In this document: one piece after another, positions 49,723 to 61,743 of the stretch
How positions within the stretch are numbered: position 1 is the first letter of the stretch
Layout of the letters: each line of letters begins with the position of its first letter
Origin: a virus
Lineage: Duplodnaviria; Caudoviricetes
DNA: 63,344 bases
Strand: one strand, 5' to 3'
Virus record (IMG/VR): IMGVR_UViG_3300037228_000056
Span: 1-63,344 of that record
Notes under the pieces: model-generated
Told to the model about the DNA's origin: nothing
Database searches by the model: none
Seen by the model: the letters and a program-made list of their open reading frames with translations, nothing else
Translations under genes and position numbers: made by a program

Positions 49723-49731
49723 GGGGCATCC

Positions 49732-50076
49732 GTGAGCTTCATCACACGCTTCCCGGTCCTTACTGCCGGGGTGATCCAGTCAGCGCTCGCGCTCGGAGTC
49801 GCGCTCGGGCTGCACCTGACGCCGGTCCAGACGGGGGCCATCGAGGCGGCAGCAGCCGCGGTGCTGGCCGTCATCGCCGCGCTGCGGGTGCGCCCCTTTG
49901 AGGTGAGCGTGCTCGGCGGGGTGCTGGTGGCCATCGGCACGGTCCTGGTGGCGTTCCGGGTGCCGCACGTCACGCCCGGACTGGTGTCCATCGCCTACGC
50001 CCTGTTCTCGGCTCTCATTGCCGGGTTCGTGCACTCCCAGGTCTCGCCAGTCCCTGCGAGGGTCGCCAGGCACTGA
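49732..50076 (+). CDS. Holin
   Basis: 114 aa, about four TMs, follows the endolysin. Confidence 0.7.
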   Translation: MSFITRFPVLTAGVIQSALALGVALGLHLTPVQTGAIEAAAAAVLAVIAALRVRPFEVSVLGGVLVAIGTVLVAFRVPHVTPGLVSIAYALFSALIAGFVHSQVSPVPARVARH

Positions 50077-50090
50077 GCTGGACCGGGACC

Positions 50091-50405
50091 GTGACCGAGA
50101 GCATGAGCGTGGCGGCGCTGCTCGGCCTGTGGTCGGTCCGGGGCAAGTACGCGCTGAAGGCTGCGGACCTGATCGAGTACCAGCACGCGTACTGCCAGAT
50201 CGACGGGCCCCTGCTGCAAGGGACGATCGACCCGGTGCTGCTGGGGACCGACGGGTCAGGCGCCACGATAGTGCTGGACGGCCTGCACAGGATCGTGCGC
50301 GCCCACCAGCTCGGCATCTCCCGGCTCCCGGTCTCCTACGACGAGGCCAGCCAGGTCCACCTGGACAACTGGAATAGCGTGCTCGGCATAGAGGGCGACC
50401 AGTAG
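50091..50405 (+). CDS. ParB/Srx-like N-terminal domain protein
   Basis: IDPVLL...IVLDGLHRIVRAHQLG. Confidence 0.65.
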   Translation: MTESMSVAALLGLWSVRGKYALKAADLIEYQHAYCQIDGPLLQGTIDPVLLGTDGSGATIVLDGLHRIVRAHQLGISRLPVSYDEASQVHLDNWNSVLGIEGDQ

Positions 50406-50428
50406 CACTGACCCGCTGAATCATCACC

Positions 50429-50474
50429 GCCCCGCCTTCCCCGGCCTTCACCTGCCGGGGAAGGCGGGGCTTTC
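50429..50474. terminator. Terminator at the convergence of late and early operons
   Basis: Perfect 17-bp stem GCCCCGCCTTCCCCGGC / GCCGGGGAAGGCGGGGC, then TTTC. Confidence 0.85.
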
Positions 50475-52447
50475 AGTCATGCCCGGAGCCGTCGCCCGTA
50501 AGCGCCGACCATGTCCAGCCGACGTCTGCTGTCCATCTCCGCTGGCACGTCACGCAGTCGCCGCCCTTCAGCCGCCGTCCGCGCTGCTGCGTGGTCGCTG
50601 CGTCCTCTTCGGGCAGCGGGCGGAGAGGATGACCGTACGGGCACATGCCTTCGCTGAGGCAGAAGTGGACGTGGTCGCTCATCTCGGCGCCGCGCGGCAC
50701 CCTGATGTCGGCCTGGGTCAAGCCGTTGCCTGCCACCTATGCCGCGCCCCCATCCGTCTTCCGGTCACCTGTACTCAGCGTGCTTCGCAACTACGTGCCC
50801 GAACGCCGATGAATGGGCACCGGCCCAGCGGTCCCTCTCATCTTCGGTGCCGAACGGCAGCGGCGGCTTGTACCCGGCCATGAGGTCAGCGGCCACCGCA
50901 GTCAGGCCGGCCAGCGTCCCGGCCGGCGCGATCATCCCCGCCGCCGCCTCCCGCAGCCACAGGGCGACCGCGTCGCCACCGGGAAACTCACGGTCATCAA
51001 GCACGCCGGCCGCTCCGGTGAGCGTGACGAAGTCCCGGCAGTCCGGGCACTCCGCGACGAACAGGATCCCGATCGTGCCCCGGTCGCGGACAAGCCAGCG
51101 GTCATGGCCCGTCTCGCGGGTATGCGCCGATGCCCACTTCCCGCGCTCGGCCGGACTGGCGAACGGCAGCACCTCCAGCACCGCGCACGAGCGGCAGGCA
51201 AGAAGGAACGGGCGCGTCGTCGTCTCAGCCGTCATCCAAGCCGCCTCTCTGTTGGCGTGCTTCCGTCTGGGGATGGCGCCCGGTAAGCGTCCGGGTCCGC
51301 TGCCGCCCGGCGGCGCCAACGCTGCCCGATGTGAGGCAGCACCGACTCTGCCGTGCTGAAGGCGTCCGCGCCGCCTCCGTTGTGCACCTGCATGACGTGA
51401 CCGGCGATCATGGCGAACAACTCGTCGCCGGTCCTCGCGGTGAACTCGCCGGACAGCGGGCCGGGGCCGGGCACCACGCAGACGGGGCAGCGGGCACTGA
51501 CCGGCCCGGCGTCCGCGTAGGCGTCGGCTGCGGCGAGGATCGCGGCGGCCGGCCCCTCGGTGCCGAAGGTCGCTCCGGCGTCAGTCATGGCCCGCTCGAT
51601 GACCGCTATCAGGTTCTCGCGCTCATCACCCCAGTACGGGCTGCCGGTCACTGAATCCGCCAGCACGGGCCGTGCAGCTGGCAGCCGGCACCCTCGTACG
51701 CGCCGGAGTCGCCGGGGTGCGTGTGAGTCGACGGCGTGTCCGGCAGCGCGAGCAGGGTCAGGTGATCCCGGATCGCGGCGGCGAGCTGACGCAGCCTGGC
51801 GGACGGCACGTGCACCGGGCCGGCGCCGTTCACGCCGAAGCTGAGCGAGCCGGGCTCGGCCGCGCCGACGGCGGTCGGCCATATTTCGAGGGTGCCGCCG
51901 TCCGGGCCGGCGTACTCGAACAGAATGTCTCTCACGCCGTTCACGGCAGTCACTTCAGGCACCCTTCGGCCGCTATCGAGCATTCCCCGTGGCTCACCCG
52001 CGATTTCGCCGGGTCGTCCTCGTTCAGGTGAACCTCGCAGTGATCGTGCGTCACCAGCCGCCATGTTCCCGGTGCCGAGTCCTCCGAGACGATGACGGGG
52101 ATATTGATGAGCGGAGCGGCTGGCAGCGGGATGAACGGGTTGGGGCTTGGCGCGGCGCCGGCTGACTCGCGGGTAACGCTCGCCAGCGCTTCGGCTACGT
52201 CGGCCGCGCAGGTGAGTTGCTGCCAGCCTGCCGGGCGGTCGGGTGCGAGCGCGTGCACCTTGCGAAGCTGGCTGGTCAGCAGGTCCGCCAGGTCGCTGAT
52301 CGTGGCTACCTCAGCGGTCACGATGTTCTCTTCGGTGACCGCGTACCTGGCCCGGAGTTCCGCGAGGTCGGCGTACGTCATCGTGCTCATCCCGCGCTCA
52401 CCTCCCGCTGCTCGCTGGTGCCACTGCTCGATGCTGGTGTCGCTCAT
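50473..52447 (-). other. Operon of about five hypothetical early genes
   Basis: Overlapping-stop/start ORFs ending 51950, 51648, 51232, 50765, 50473; several CxxC motifs. Confidence 0.55.
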
Positions 52448-52464
52448 CTAGCCCGCCATCCCTT

Positions 52465-53345
52465 CTACGTGTGCGTGCCGCAGGCTCCGCACAGTCCCTT
52501 GTGAACCCGCGACTCCGGGTGCTGGCACTCTGGCGGCAGGAAGGCGTCTAGCGCCGTCGTCAGTATCGCGCTGACCGCCATGCCAGTCTGATCATGGTGA
52601 GCCATCAGCCGCGCCCGGATCGCGACTGGCGGCCGGTAGGCGATCGGCGGGTGCTTGTGCTGGTTAGGCATCGGCAAGCGCCCTGAAGTGGTCTTCGTGC
52701 CACTCGTCGCCGCAGGCCATGCAGATGTACGCGTTGTCACCTTGGGGCAGGAGCGGCTCATTGTCGTGCGGGCAGAACCTGACGCTCTCGCCGCCGGCCG
52801 AGCACTGCGCCTCGTAGCGGTGGTTCCACAACTCGCCGGCGACGTAGGCGCGGGTCGCGCCCCCGGTGCGGCTCTCCCAGTCGCCGCAGGAGCACTCGGC
52901 GTCCCAGCCCCACATGCCGCGCATCGAGGCCGTGTGCGGCATCTTCTGGCCGCCTGCCCACACGAACCAGCGAGCGCGGTGGGTTCGCATCGTCTCTGCG
53001 GCGATGATCCGGTTCAGCGTGCTCATCTCAGAACTCGCGCTTCTCTCCCGTGTACGGGTCTATGTCCTTGCCGCCGAACTCGGAGTACCACTCATCCCAC
53101 GACAAGCCCATCCACGGGCCTTCGCCGAATACCTCACCCGCGTAGTCGGCGCGCGGCAGGCCGAGCGAGCGGCGATGGGCGGCGTGGGCGTTCGCCCGCG
53201 TGCTTGCCCGCTCGGGCGGCTTGGCGGGCATCCACTCGCAGGAGCAGACGGTCATGGTGCGGATACCACGGCCGAAGCGGTTCAGGACGCTTACCGGCGC
53301 GTGGTCGGCCGGCGATGGCATCGGCCTGGTGATGAGGTTCGGCAT
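52465..53345 (-). other. Three-gene unit (53028-53345; 52664-53026; 52465-52671 RHH-like with CxH..CxxC)
   Basis: AAGGAG SD; coupled ORFs; IAYRPP...VSAILTTALDAFL. Confidence 0.6.
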
Positions 53346-53367
53346 CTTGTGCTCCTTGCGTTCAGTG

Positions 53368-53412
53368 GCAATACCACCTTAGCACCGGAACCGCGCGGGT
53401 TGCAATACCACC
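53368..53412 (-). promoter_or_regulatory. Promoter with 11-bp direct-repeat operators
   Basis: TTGCAA-N18-TAAGGT overlapped by GCAATACCACC at 53368 and 53402. Confidence 0.6.
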
Positions 53413-53811
53413 GCCGGACTGTCCCGGGCGCTGGCAACTCCCGCCACATCAGCCCGCATCGCCTCGCACCTCCTGAGAGTGCGCTTGCGGCCGGGCCACG
53501 TGGTCACGCCAGCCTCCTGGCCTCAACCGCCTCGAAACGGACCACGATGCCCTTAGCCGTCGCCTGCCGGTCGAAGCAGCCAGGGCACAAGGTTCCGCGC
53601 AGCGACCCGTGGACCTCTCCGTACAGTTCATCCGGAGCGCGCCACCATACGTAAGGCCGCCCGCAGTCCTGGCACGACTCGGTGTCCTCGAACAGGACGT
53701 GGATCACGAAGTCGCGCCAGTACATCCGCAGCCTCGCGGCCAGCGAGATCGGCTTGCGGCGGAACCTCAGCATGTACCGGAGCCGCCCGGCCGCGCCCGG
53801 CCTGACCTGCA

Positions 53812-54042
53812 TCACGCAGCCTTCTTCCCGAGCTGCCTCAGCAGCCTCCCGTAGGCAAGGGCATGCTCGGCCGTGGGCTTCCGCTTGCCTGACTCCCAAA
53901 GCCCGACCGTCTGGCGCGAGACGCCGAGCGCTGAGGCGACCTCGGCGGGACTCAGGCCGGCTGACTCGCGTGCCGTCCGGGCCTTCCCGCTCGCCAGTTC
54001 CGCGCGGAAGGCCGCGACGGCTGCGAGTTCGGCGGGGCGCAC
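53812..54042 (-). CDS. XRE/Cro-family HTH regulator
   Basis: RESAGLSPAEVASALGVSRQTVGLWESGKRKP; leaderless TACGCT. Confidence 0.8.
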   Translation of the reverse strand: MRPAELAAVAAFRAELASGKARTARESAGLSPAEVASALGVSRQTVGLWESGKRKPTAEHALAYGRLLRQLGKKAA

Positions 54043-54112
54043 GGGACCAAGCGTAGCGGCCTCAACTCAGGCGAAACCAGGCCGCAACCAGGGCGCAACA
54101 AGGTTCCGCGAA

Positions 54113-54140
54113 ATACAGGATAATGCACGTTATGCTGTGA
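54113..54140. other. dif-like 11-6-11 recombination site
   Basis: ATACAGGATAA TGCACG TTATGCTGTGA; inner 9 bp of the arms match 8/9 as an inverted repeat. Confidence 0.65.
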
Positions 54141-54142
54141 CC

Positions 54143-55132
54143 GTGAGAGAACTTGAGTTGACCGGCGTCCCGCTGCCCGCCGTCCCAGGGGAACGCAGCC
54201 GCGATGACCTGCTCGGCCTGCTGACCGATGCGTGGCTGAACCGCTCCAAGTCGCCGCACACCCGAGAGGCGTACTTCCGCGACCTGACGTACTGGCTCGG
54301 CTGGTGCGCGTCGGCCGGGGTGCACCCGCTCCGCGCCCGGATGATGGACGCCGACAACTGGATGACCTGGCAGCGCGAGCACGGCGTGCGCGGCGACGGG
54401 CACCCGGCCGCACGGCGCAGCATCGCCCGGCGGCTGTCGGTCGTCTCCTCCTGGTATGACTACCTGATCCGCAATACCGCCGCCGACGACGTGCCGCTCA
54501 TCACCCACAACCCGGCCGCGACCGACGCGCGGCCCGACGTCGACAAGGACCACTCCCCCACGGTCGGGCTCAGCCGCGCCGAAGCCGACCGGCTCATCGA
54601 GGCGGCCGACGCGGACGGCCCGCGCTCCTCGGCCGTCATCCGGTTCATGCTCACCAACGCGGCCCGCTGCGGTGTCATATCAACCGCCCGGATCGAGCAT
54701 CTCGGCCACGACCGCGGGCACCGCGTGATCGACATGACCGTCAAGGGCGACCGGATGAAACGCGACCCGCTGCCGCCGCCTACCGCCGCCGCGATCGATG
54801 CCTACCTCGCGATGCGGGGCAGCCCTGCGGATGGCCTGATCTTCGTGACGCGGACCGGCCGGGCGCTCGATGAGGCCTGCCTGTTCCGGCTCGTTCAGCG
54901 CATCGCCCGCAAAGCGGGCATCCCGAGCGCCGACCGGCTGTCGCCTCACTCGCTGCGGCGCACGGCGATCACCGAAGCTCTCGACGCAACGCACGACCTC
55001 CGCAAGGCACAAGACCTAGCCGGGCACGCCGACCCGCGCACGACCCGGCTCTACGACGACAACCGCAACCAGCTAGACGGGCACGCCGCCTACGTGCTGG
55101 CCACCCGGTACGGAGTAAGGCGAGACGGGTGA
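54143..55132 (+). CDS. Tyrosine recombinase (XerC/D-like)
   Basis: SAM-like N-domain (SPHTREAY, RRLSVVSSWY); catalytic R (AARC), K, HSLR, GHAD, TTRLY; no arm-binding domain. Confidence 0.9.
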   Translation: MRELELTGVPLPAVPGERSRDDLLGLLTDAWLNRSKSPHTREAYFRDLTYWLGWCASAGVHPLRARMMDADNWMTWQREHGVRGDGHPAARRSIARRLSVVSSWYDYLIRNTAADDVPLITHNPAATDARPDVDKDHSPTVGLSRAEADRLIEAADADGPRSSAVIRFMLTNAARCGVISTARIEHLGHDRGHRVIDMTVKGDRMKRDPLPPPTAAAIDAYLAMRGSPADGLIFVTRTGRALDEACLFRLVQRIARKAGIPSADRLSPHSLRRTAITEALDATHDLRKAQDLAGHADPRTTRLYDDNRNQLDGHAAYVLATRYGVRRDG

Positions 55133-55469
55133 CGCGCCGATGATCCCGCGCCGCCCGACGTGCGGGCGCCCAACCGTGACCACCGGCAAGCCGTGCCGGC
55201 CGCCTCCGATATGGCTGTGGCCGGCAGGTACCGGACTGGCCGATCCCCGCTCATGCCGTCGCCACCTGACCGAAGAGGAGCGCGCCGCGCTGGCGCCCTT
55301 CGACGCCGAGTCCGCTGCCCGGTCTGCCGAGTTCGCGGCGCAGTATGACGAATGGTGGCTGGGCCTGATCAACTCGGACCCGGCTTGCTGGTCGTGGCCG
55401 CTCCGCAAGGAACTTCACCAGGCCGTCCACGCCTGGAACCTACATCACCAAGAGGGAGACCATCACGCC

Positions 55470-55790
55470 ATGAGCCTGAAGGAAGACTTCGAGAACCTGA
55501 TCCCCGACGTGGAGAAGCACCTCCGCGACTTCATCGACGGCCACTCGGCGGTGATCGAGCGCGGCTTCAAGCTCATCGAGATGGCCGACGCCGACCCGCT
55601 GATGCAGACTGTCGAGGCAGCGGCGGGCCTGACCCCTGGTGCCCGCGCCGCGATCGCGGAGGCCATCGCCAAGCTTGACGTCGAGTTCCAGCGGGTCGCG
55701 GCCGAGGCGACGGAGAACGGGCGGCAAGCGGAGCGGAACGCCCAGGCGGCCGCTCAGCCCCCGGCCGAGCCTGAGGCACCTGCGGAGTAG
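55470..55790 (+). CDS. Hypothetical protein
   Basis: GAGGGAG SD before ATG 55470; in frame with upstream ORF from 55140. Confidence 0.55.
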   Translation: MSLKEDFENLIPDVEKHLRDFIDGHSAVIERGFKLIEMADADPLMQTVEAAAGLTPGARAAIAEAIAKLDVEFQRVAAEATENGRQAERNAQAAAQPPAEPEAPAE

Positions 55791-55816
55791 CCTGCTACTG
55801 AGGGCATCGGCGCTAC

Positions 55817-55867
55817 GGCCCCGGTACTGCCGTCCTTCAAGGGCGGTGGTGCCGGGGCTGGCTTTTT
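55817..55867 (+). terminator. Intrinsic terminator
   Basis: GGCCCCGGTACTGCCGTCC / GGGCGGTGGTGCCGGGGCT stem plus TTTTT. Confidence 0.7.
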
Positions 55868-55943
55868 GCGTTGGCCGTGAAGTCGTCCCAGGCCGTGACC
55901 TCTCGCTTGCCGCAGACCGAGCAGGACAGGGAGCCCAGCCATT

Positions 55944-55990
55944 CTCGCTGCTCGCGGTCAGCGGGTAGCTCAACTGGTAGAGCAGCGGTC
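55944..55990 (+). other. tRNA 5'-half-like fragment (acceptor plus D-arm)
   Basis: CAGCGGG TA GCTC AACTGGTA GAGC A GCGGT; complement CTCGCTG lies upstream; no T-arm. Confidence 0.5.
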
Positions 55991-56634
55991 GCCCCGGTTC
56001 CGTCACCCCACGATCTCGGGCTCGTGGTGCGGAACGCGGGTCACCTCGCGCAGGGTGATCCCTTCCTGGGCCAGCTGATCGCTGAACACCGAGAAGTCCT
56101 CCGGGGTGAACGTCATCACGACCCGGGCGAACGCCTGCCTGCACAGGTCGTAGAACGCCGGGGTGCGCCCGCTCACGGGCCAGATGCTGAACTCGTAGTT
56201 GTAGGTCACGGAACCCCCCTGTTTAGCCCATGGTCTGAACTCTCTTCGCGCACCGTTCCGGCCACGGTGCCTTGACCAGCCTCTTTCCGGGGTGCCGTTC
56301 AACCGCTCAAGCCATGGTCTGGACTGAAGTCCAGAGGATGGGCTAGGTCGTCCGCGATCTTGGAATAAACGAGGGGGCGTGCTGCAACCTCAAGCGAATC
56401 CCCTGGGCTGCGGGTGAGGCTCGCCGCCGCGCGCCCTGCGGACGCCGGCCTGGGCGCGGTCAAGGCCCGTCACCGGGAACGGAGCCTACGAGGATGCCGC
56501 AGACGGCGGCGAGGGTGACGAGGTAAGGCAGCACCAGCCAAGCCTACCGGGGTGGCGGTGACATCGGCGGGGGCGCAAGAGCGGTGGCGATTAGGCCAGC
56601 GCTTTAGGATGCATTAGGACTACGATTAGGAACC

Positions 56635-57797
56635 GTGCCGGACTTCGAGATATACCAGCGGCAGCGCGCGAGCCGTCCCGCGACGGTGACGCTGACCAAG
56701 GGTGGCCTGCTCCGCCTCAGCCCGGCGGCCTACTCCGCGCTCGGCTCGCCTGCCGCCGTGACCCTGGCCTATGACAAGGAGGGACCGGTCATCGGCTTCC
56801 GCGCCGCGCGGGCCTCCGACCGGTCGGCCTACCTGGTCCGGGCGCCGCGCGTCGTGTCGGCGGTCGCGCTTTGCCGCGTCCTGGCCATCAGCCGCGACGA
56901 GTCGCGCCGCTACCCGCTGGAGGACTTCGGCGGGACGCTGGGCATCGACCTGGGCACGCCCGGCGAGGTCGTCACCAGCAACCGGCGCAAGAAGGCCGGG
57001 GTTCCGTGAGCAACCGCCGCAGGCCGCGCCGGGCCAAGGAGCCGCCGGCAGGGCGCCAGCCGACCGGGCGCGCTGCCCCGCTGACGGACCTGACGCTGCG
57101 GTTCATGCACCAGCCGGAAGACGACCGCCTCCAGGGCGCCGGAGGCGATGACCTGACGCTCGGCAAGGTCAGGCAGGCGTTCTACGCCAACGAGCGGCGC
57201 GGCCAGCTCGTGCGCGGCCAGACAGGGAAAGGCAGTGACGGGCGCCAGCACCGGGAGTGGGGGCTCAGTTCGCTGGCCCGCGGCCACGGCTGGCATCCGC
57301 TCGGGGTGACGGTCAGCGCCGACGCCGCCGATGTCACCTCATCCGGGCTCCTGCGCGCCCGGATGCCGAGGAAAGCCGCCGCCCAGCTCCGTGACGGTGA
57401 CCTGGTGGCCATCACCGACCCCGCGACCGGAACCGCCGGCACCGCGACCGTGCGCCGCGTCTACCACCGGACGGGCCGGCTGTACCTCGTACCGGCGTGG
57501 GGCGGCGAGATGCAGCCGCCACGGTTCCGCACCCAGGCCGACGCCCGCGCGGAGGCGCGCGGGTACCCGAAGCCGTGCCCGTCCTGCGGCGCCGGGCCGG
57601 GCACTGACTGCGTGACCCGCTCGGGAGCCACCGCCCGCTGGCCGCACCGGCCGCGCGACCCGCTGCTCCTGCTGCGCGACATCGAGCGCGAGCAAGCTGA
57701 CGCGCATGCCGCGCTGGCGAAGGCAAGAGCCGAACTCGCGGAGATCGAAGCCGAGATAGCCGCCCTGGAATCTCGGGTCACGACCAGTTCAGGCTAA
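56635..57797 (+). CDS. Two hypothetical genes (56635-57009; 57006-57797 with CPSCGA..G..C...H Zn finger)
   Basis: GTGA-coupled ORFs. Confidence 0.6.
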
Positions 57798-60700
57798 CCC
57801 GCTCCCTTGTCCATCGCGCCCGGTTGGCTGTGACCGCCCGTGCCGCTCACGACTCCCGCTCCGGTCTCTCCCGCGTGGCCCCGACCTTGACGCTGATGCC
57901 GGCCAGGAAGCTGCCAATGCAGGCGAGGAACATGAGCGCGGGGATCACCACGCAAGTCTACCGGTGCCCGTGACCTGCGATAACGTCGTGGAGATAGATA
58001 TTGTCTAACTATCTGCCGGGCTCGCTCGCAGCGGGTCAGTACACGGCGTCGGCGAGCCAGTCCATCAGCGCGCCTGCCGTGTCAGCGCCGGACCAGCACG
58101 GGCAGTAGCCGTCGCAGCCGCAGTCCATCAGCCGGTGCCGGTCAGCGTGGAGGCGAAGCCGTTGACTCCCGAGCCCTTCTCCCGCTCGATGATGGAGCGT
58201 CGCAGCCCGGCCGCGGTGTCGGCCTCGGAGGCGTGCTTAGGCGGGCCGGGGTGCACTGCCCTCAGGGAGCCGTCGCCGTTTCGGGTGACCGTGTAGCCGA
58301 GGGTGCCGTAGGCGGCGTTCAGGCAGTCAAGCTCAGGGTCAGGGGAGGGTGTCGCGTCCACGATGCCAATGCTAGGCCAGGCTTCCCGTGGTTGCCAGTG
58401 GTTCCCCGCTGGTTACAGCGGGTACACGACTGCTGCCCCCGGTCTCTACGGCCGTAGTGGATGGCGATCACCATCGGCGGCAGCCCCAGCGCGGCTAGTT
58501 GGCCGCTGCCGATCATGATGGGCTCGCCGGCGGCCAGGCGCGTCACGTTCTCGCCGGACAGGCCCAGGAACAGCACGGGCTCGCCGAATGCCGTCTTGCT
58601 CGCCGCCTTGATCATGCTTCCTCCTCCGGTACCGGGCAGGCCACGTACTGCCCGGTTGCCAGCGCCTCAGCAGCTATCCGCATGACGTCTTCCTCGGCGA
58701 GGAACGCGAACGCGGCTATCCTCGCCGCGATGCGGAAGTAGCGCAGCCAGCGGGAGCGGGCCAGGCCGCCGAGGCCGTCCTGCGCGCCCGGCCCGTGCTC
58801 ATCGGCGTGGGCGGTGATCTTCGCCGCGACGTGCTGGCCCAGGTCTTCGGCTATGGCGTCAAGGACCGCCCTGGCCACGCGGACGTAGCCGTAGGTCGGG
58901 TCAGCCCAGTAGTCGCCGCTGCCCGTGCAGCCGCACAGGTCCGCGTGCGCGGACTCAGCGGCCTTGCGGATGATGGTGTCCGGGTAGTCGCTCACAGCGT
59001 GCCTCCGTCGACAATATCGGCGGCCTCGCGCTGGCCGCGTTCCCTGAGCAGGTCCGCGCACCTGATGCGCTCCGCCCTTACGCCTTCCATGTAGAGCGCC
59101 GCTCCATGGAACCGCTCGCGGTCCTCTGCCGCCGTGACGCGCATCAGCTCGGCCCACTCGGCATCGGTCATCACCAGTTCGTCGGTCACCGGGCCCTCCG
59201 CCATCGTGCCGGGCGCGTGCGCGATCTTGACGACCACGCCGTCTTTCAGCTTCCGCACGGACACGGAGCCGTACGCGGCTGCCCCGCGTGATCCGGGGCA
59301 CGCGCCGCCCTTGTCCCAGCCGCCGCCCTCGGGGAAGTGGTGGCGCAGCCGGCCGTCCTCGTTAACGGGCACGTTCCTGCCGCAGTACGGGCAGCTCACC
59401 CGCTCGGCCACCTTAGTTCCCGCCCGCATCAGCCATCGTCCTCATCTGCTTTCAGAATCCAGCACCAGACCTGACCGTCCTCAACCCACCGGCCGTAGAG
59501 ATGGTCAGCGCAGTACGCCCACCAGTTCTCGTGCATCTGGCCGCTGCGCATGTAACCCCGGTTCACCTCCGCCACCGCTGGCTTGCGGCAGTAAGCGCGG
59601 CCGGCACCAGACTGGCGACGGCACCGCTTGCCGGCAACGAGCCGCCATGCGCCGCCGACTCCCGAATCGGGCACCGCCTCAAGGCGATAGCCGGGCGGCA
59701 CTTCCCGCTGCTCGGCGGCGAGCAGCTTCGCTGTCACCCAGGTCATGGTCAGGCCGCAGCACTCGGGCCAGCCGTGCGCGAGGTTGCCGCCGATGTCGCC
59801 GAGGGGCTGCTCGGTGCCGCACTGGTTGCAGCGGAGTATCCCGCCGAAGACGGCCAGGTCCGCGCCGATCCTGGCGTGGATGCCGGGCGCGGCGAACGCG
59901 GAGAGGTCAGCCACCGGAGCCTCCCGCCTCGAGCGCGCGCTGCTCGTTCACGAGATAGCGGTCCCACAAGGTCACGCCCCGGCCGACCTCAAGGTACGGC
60001 AGCATGACCTGCTCGAACCGCACCATCTGGGCGTCGATCAGTGCCAGCTGGGACTCAAGCCAGTCCTTGACGACGCGCCACGCGACCCGCTCGGCGTGCT
60101 CGCGGGTGGTGTACCGGCCCAGCACGCTCGCCGTGACGTTGGGCGGGTAGTCGGCGTTGCGGAGCAGCGATGCGACGCCGTCGATGTTGACCGGCATCAG
60201 GAACGAGCGGACGCCATGGGGCGTCTTCAGGTCGAACGACAGGCCGACCGGCTTGCGGTCCTCGTACATCACCCCGACCGCCGACGCGCCGCCCTCGCCG
60301 AGCAGCCTCTGGCACTCGCCGAGCGTCTTGCTGACCGGAACCTTCGTCGTGTAGTTCAGCGGGGGCCTAGCCATCCCGCACCCCAGCCTGCGGGGCGAGC
60401 AGCGCGGCGGCCTTCTGCCGCCTGGCCGCGCGCCTCTCGTCGTGCTCGCGCGCCACTGCCGCTATCCACTCATCGGTCAGGAGCGGGTGCGCCTTCGGGC
60501 CGGTGAACTTCGGGCCGGCCACCCTGGCCCACTCCTGCCACATCTCGGCCAGCGCCTTGTCGCGGTCTGTCCGCTCGGACGGAACGGTCCAGCCGTAGAG
60601 CACGCACACCCGCTCGGCTATCTCAAGCCGCGACTCCGCCTCGGCCAGGCGGCCGGCCAGCCAGCGAACGTGGTCGCTCAGCGAGCCATACGGCATCCCG

Positions 60701-61335
60701 GTGCCGGCCGGCCACTCGACCGGATGCGACCGCTCGACAGTGCCGCTGATGCCCTTCTCGGACAGCAGCCGCAGCCTCACGTTCGCGCCCTCGCGGGTCA
60801 GGTAGCGGAGCCGGCGGAGCAGGTTGCGCCACTGCCAGACCGCTCCCTGGTCCGAGTCGGCGGCGACCTGCACCCTGTAGACGTATTCAGCCATCGCTGG
60901 TGATCCTCCTGGTTGGTATCCCTGACTTCTCGGCCACGCCGCCGCCGTCCTCCAATGGCACGACCGCGCACACGCGGTAGGTGGCCGGGAAGTGATCGGG
61001 GCGCACCGCTGCCTGAGCCCGTTCCCGGTCCTCCCCGGCCTCTTCCGGCGTGTCCCACATCCCGGCCGAGTCCAGGTCCCACAGGCCGTCCTCGTCGTAG
61101 CGGAGGGCAACGACATAGCCGACAGGGTCAGCCACCGGAGCCGTCCAGTCCGTGCTGCCAGCGGGCGAACGCGGCCACGTCGTCCTCATCGATCTGCGCC
61201 CCGGCTTCGAGCGCAGCCCAGAGCGCGTCGAAGTCGCCGGCGTCGATGATCCGCATGCCGTCATCAAGGACGTGAACGCGCAGCGTCACGCCCGCCAGGG
61301 TCAGTTCTCCTGACCAGACGGCTACCGGTACATGG

Positions 61336-61743
61336 TCAGCCATCGCGGTCCTCCTTCGCCTTGAGCAACGGGTAACCGCGTTGCTCGCACCACGCGTACG
61401 CCGAGAAATCCTCCGGGGCGGCGGCTATCGCCAGCAGGACGGCCGCATGGCAGATGTCCGGCTCGCCCTCTGCCGGCAGCGGGCACCAGCAGGCCAGCGA
61501 TTTCCCGGCCAGCCTGTGCCGGGCATAGCCCTGGTAGCGCGATGAGATATCGGCGTGGACGGCGAAGCATTCCACGGCGTGAGCCCGGTCCCGGACCACC
61601 GGGCCGTAAAGCTCGCTGAACGGGAACCTGAGCGCGTCGCCCGGCCTGTAGGGGTTGCCCCAGATTCCCGGCCGCGCCACGCTGACCGCCCCCTCAGGCA
61701 TGCGCCAGCCGGCCGTCCGCTTCAACTGGATTCGCTCAGGCAT
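61336..61743 (-). CDS. DUF4326-like protein
   Basis: RIQLKR..GWR.P...RP..WGNPY...LAGKSLACWCP...CHA. Confidence 0.8.
   Translation of the reverse strand: MPERIQLKRTAGWRMPEGAVSVARPGIWGNPYRPGDALRFPFSELYGPVVRDRAHAVECFAVHADISSRYQGYARHRLAGKSLACWCPLPAEGEPDICHAAVLLAIAAAPEDFSAYAWCEQRGYPLLKAKEDRDG

Noticed and set aside
56312-56327. DasR-responsive (dre-like) site
   Set aside because: Only partial similarity to the TGGTCTAGACCA core; insufficient without a matrix scan
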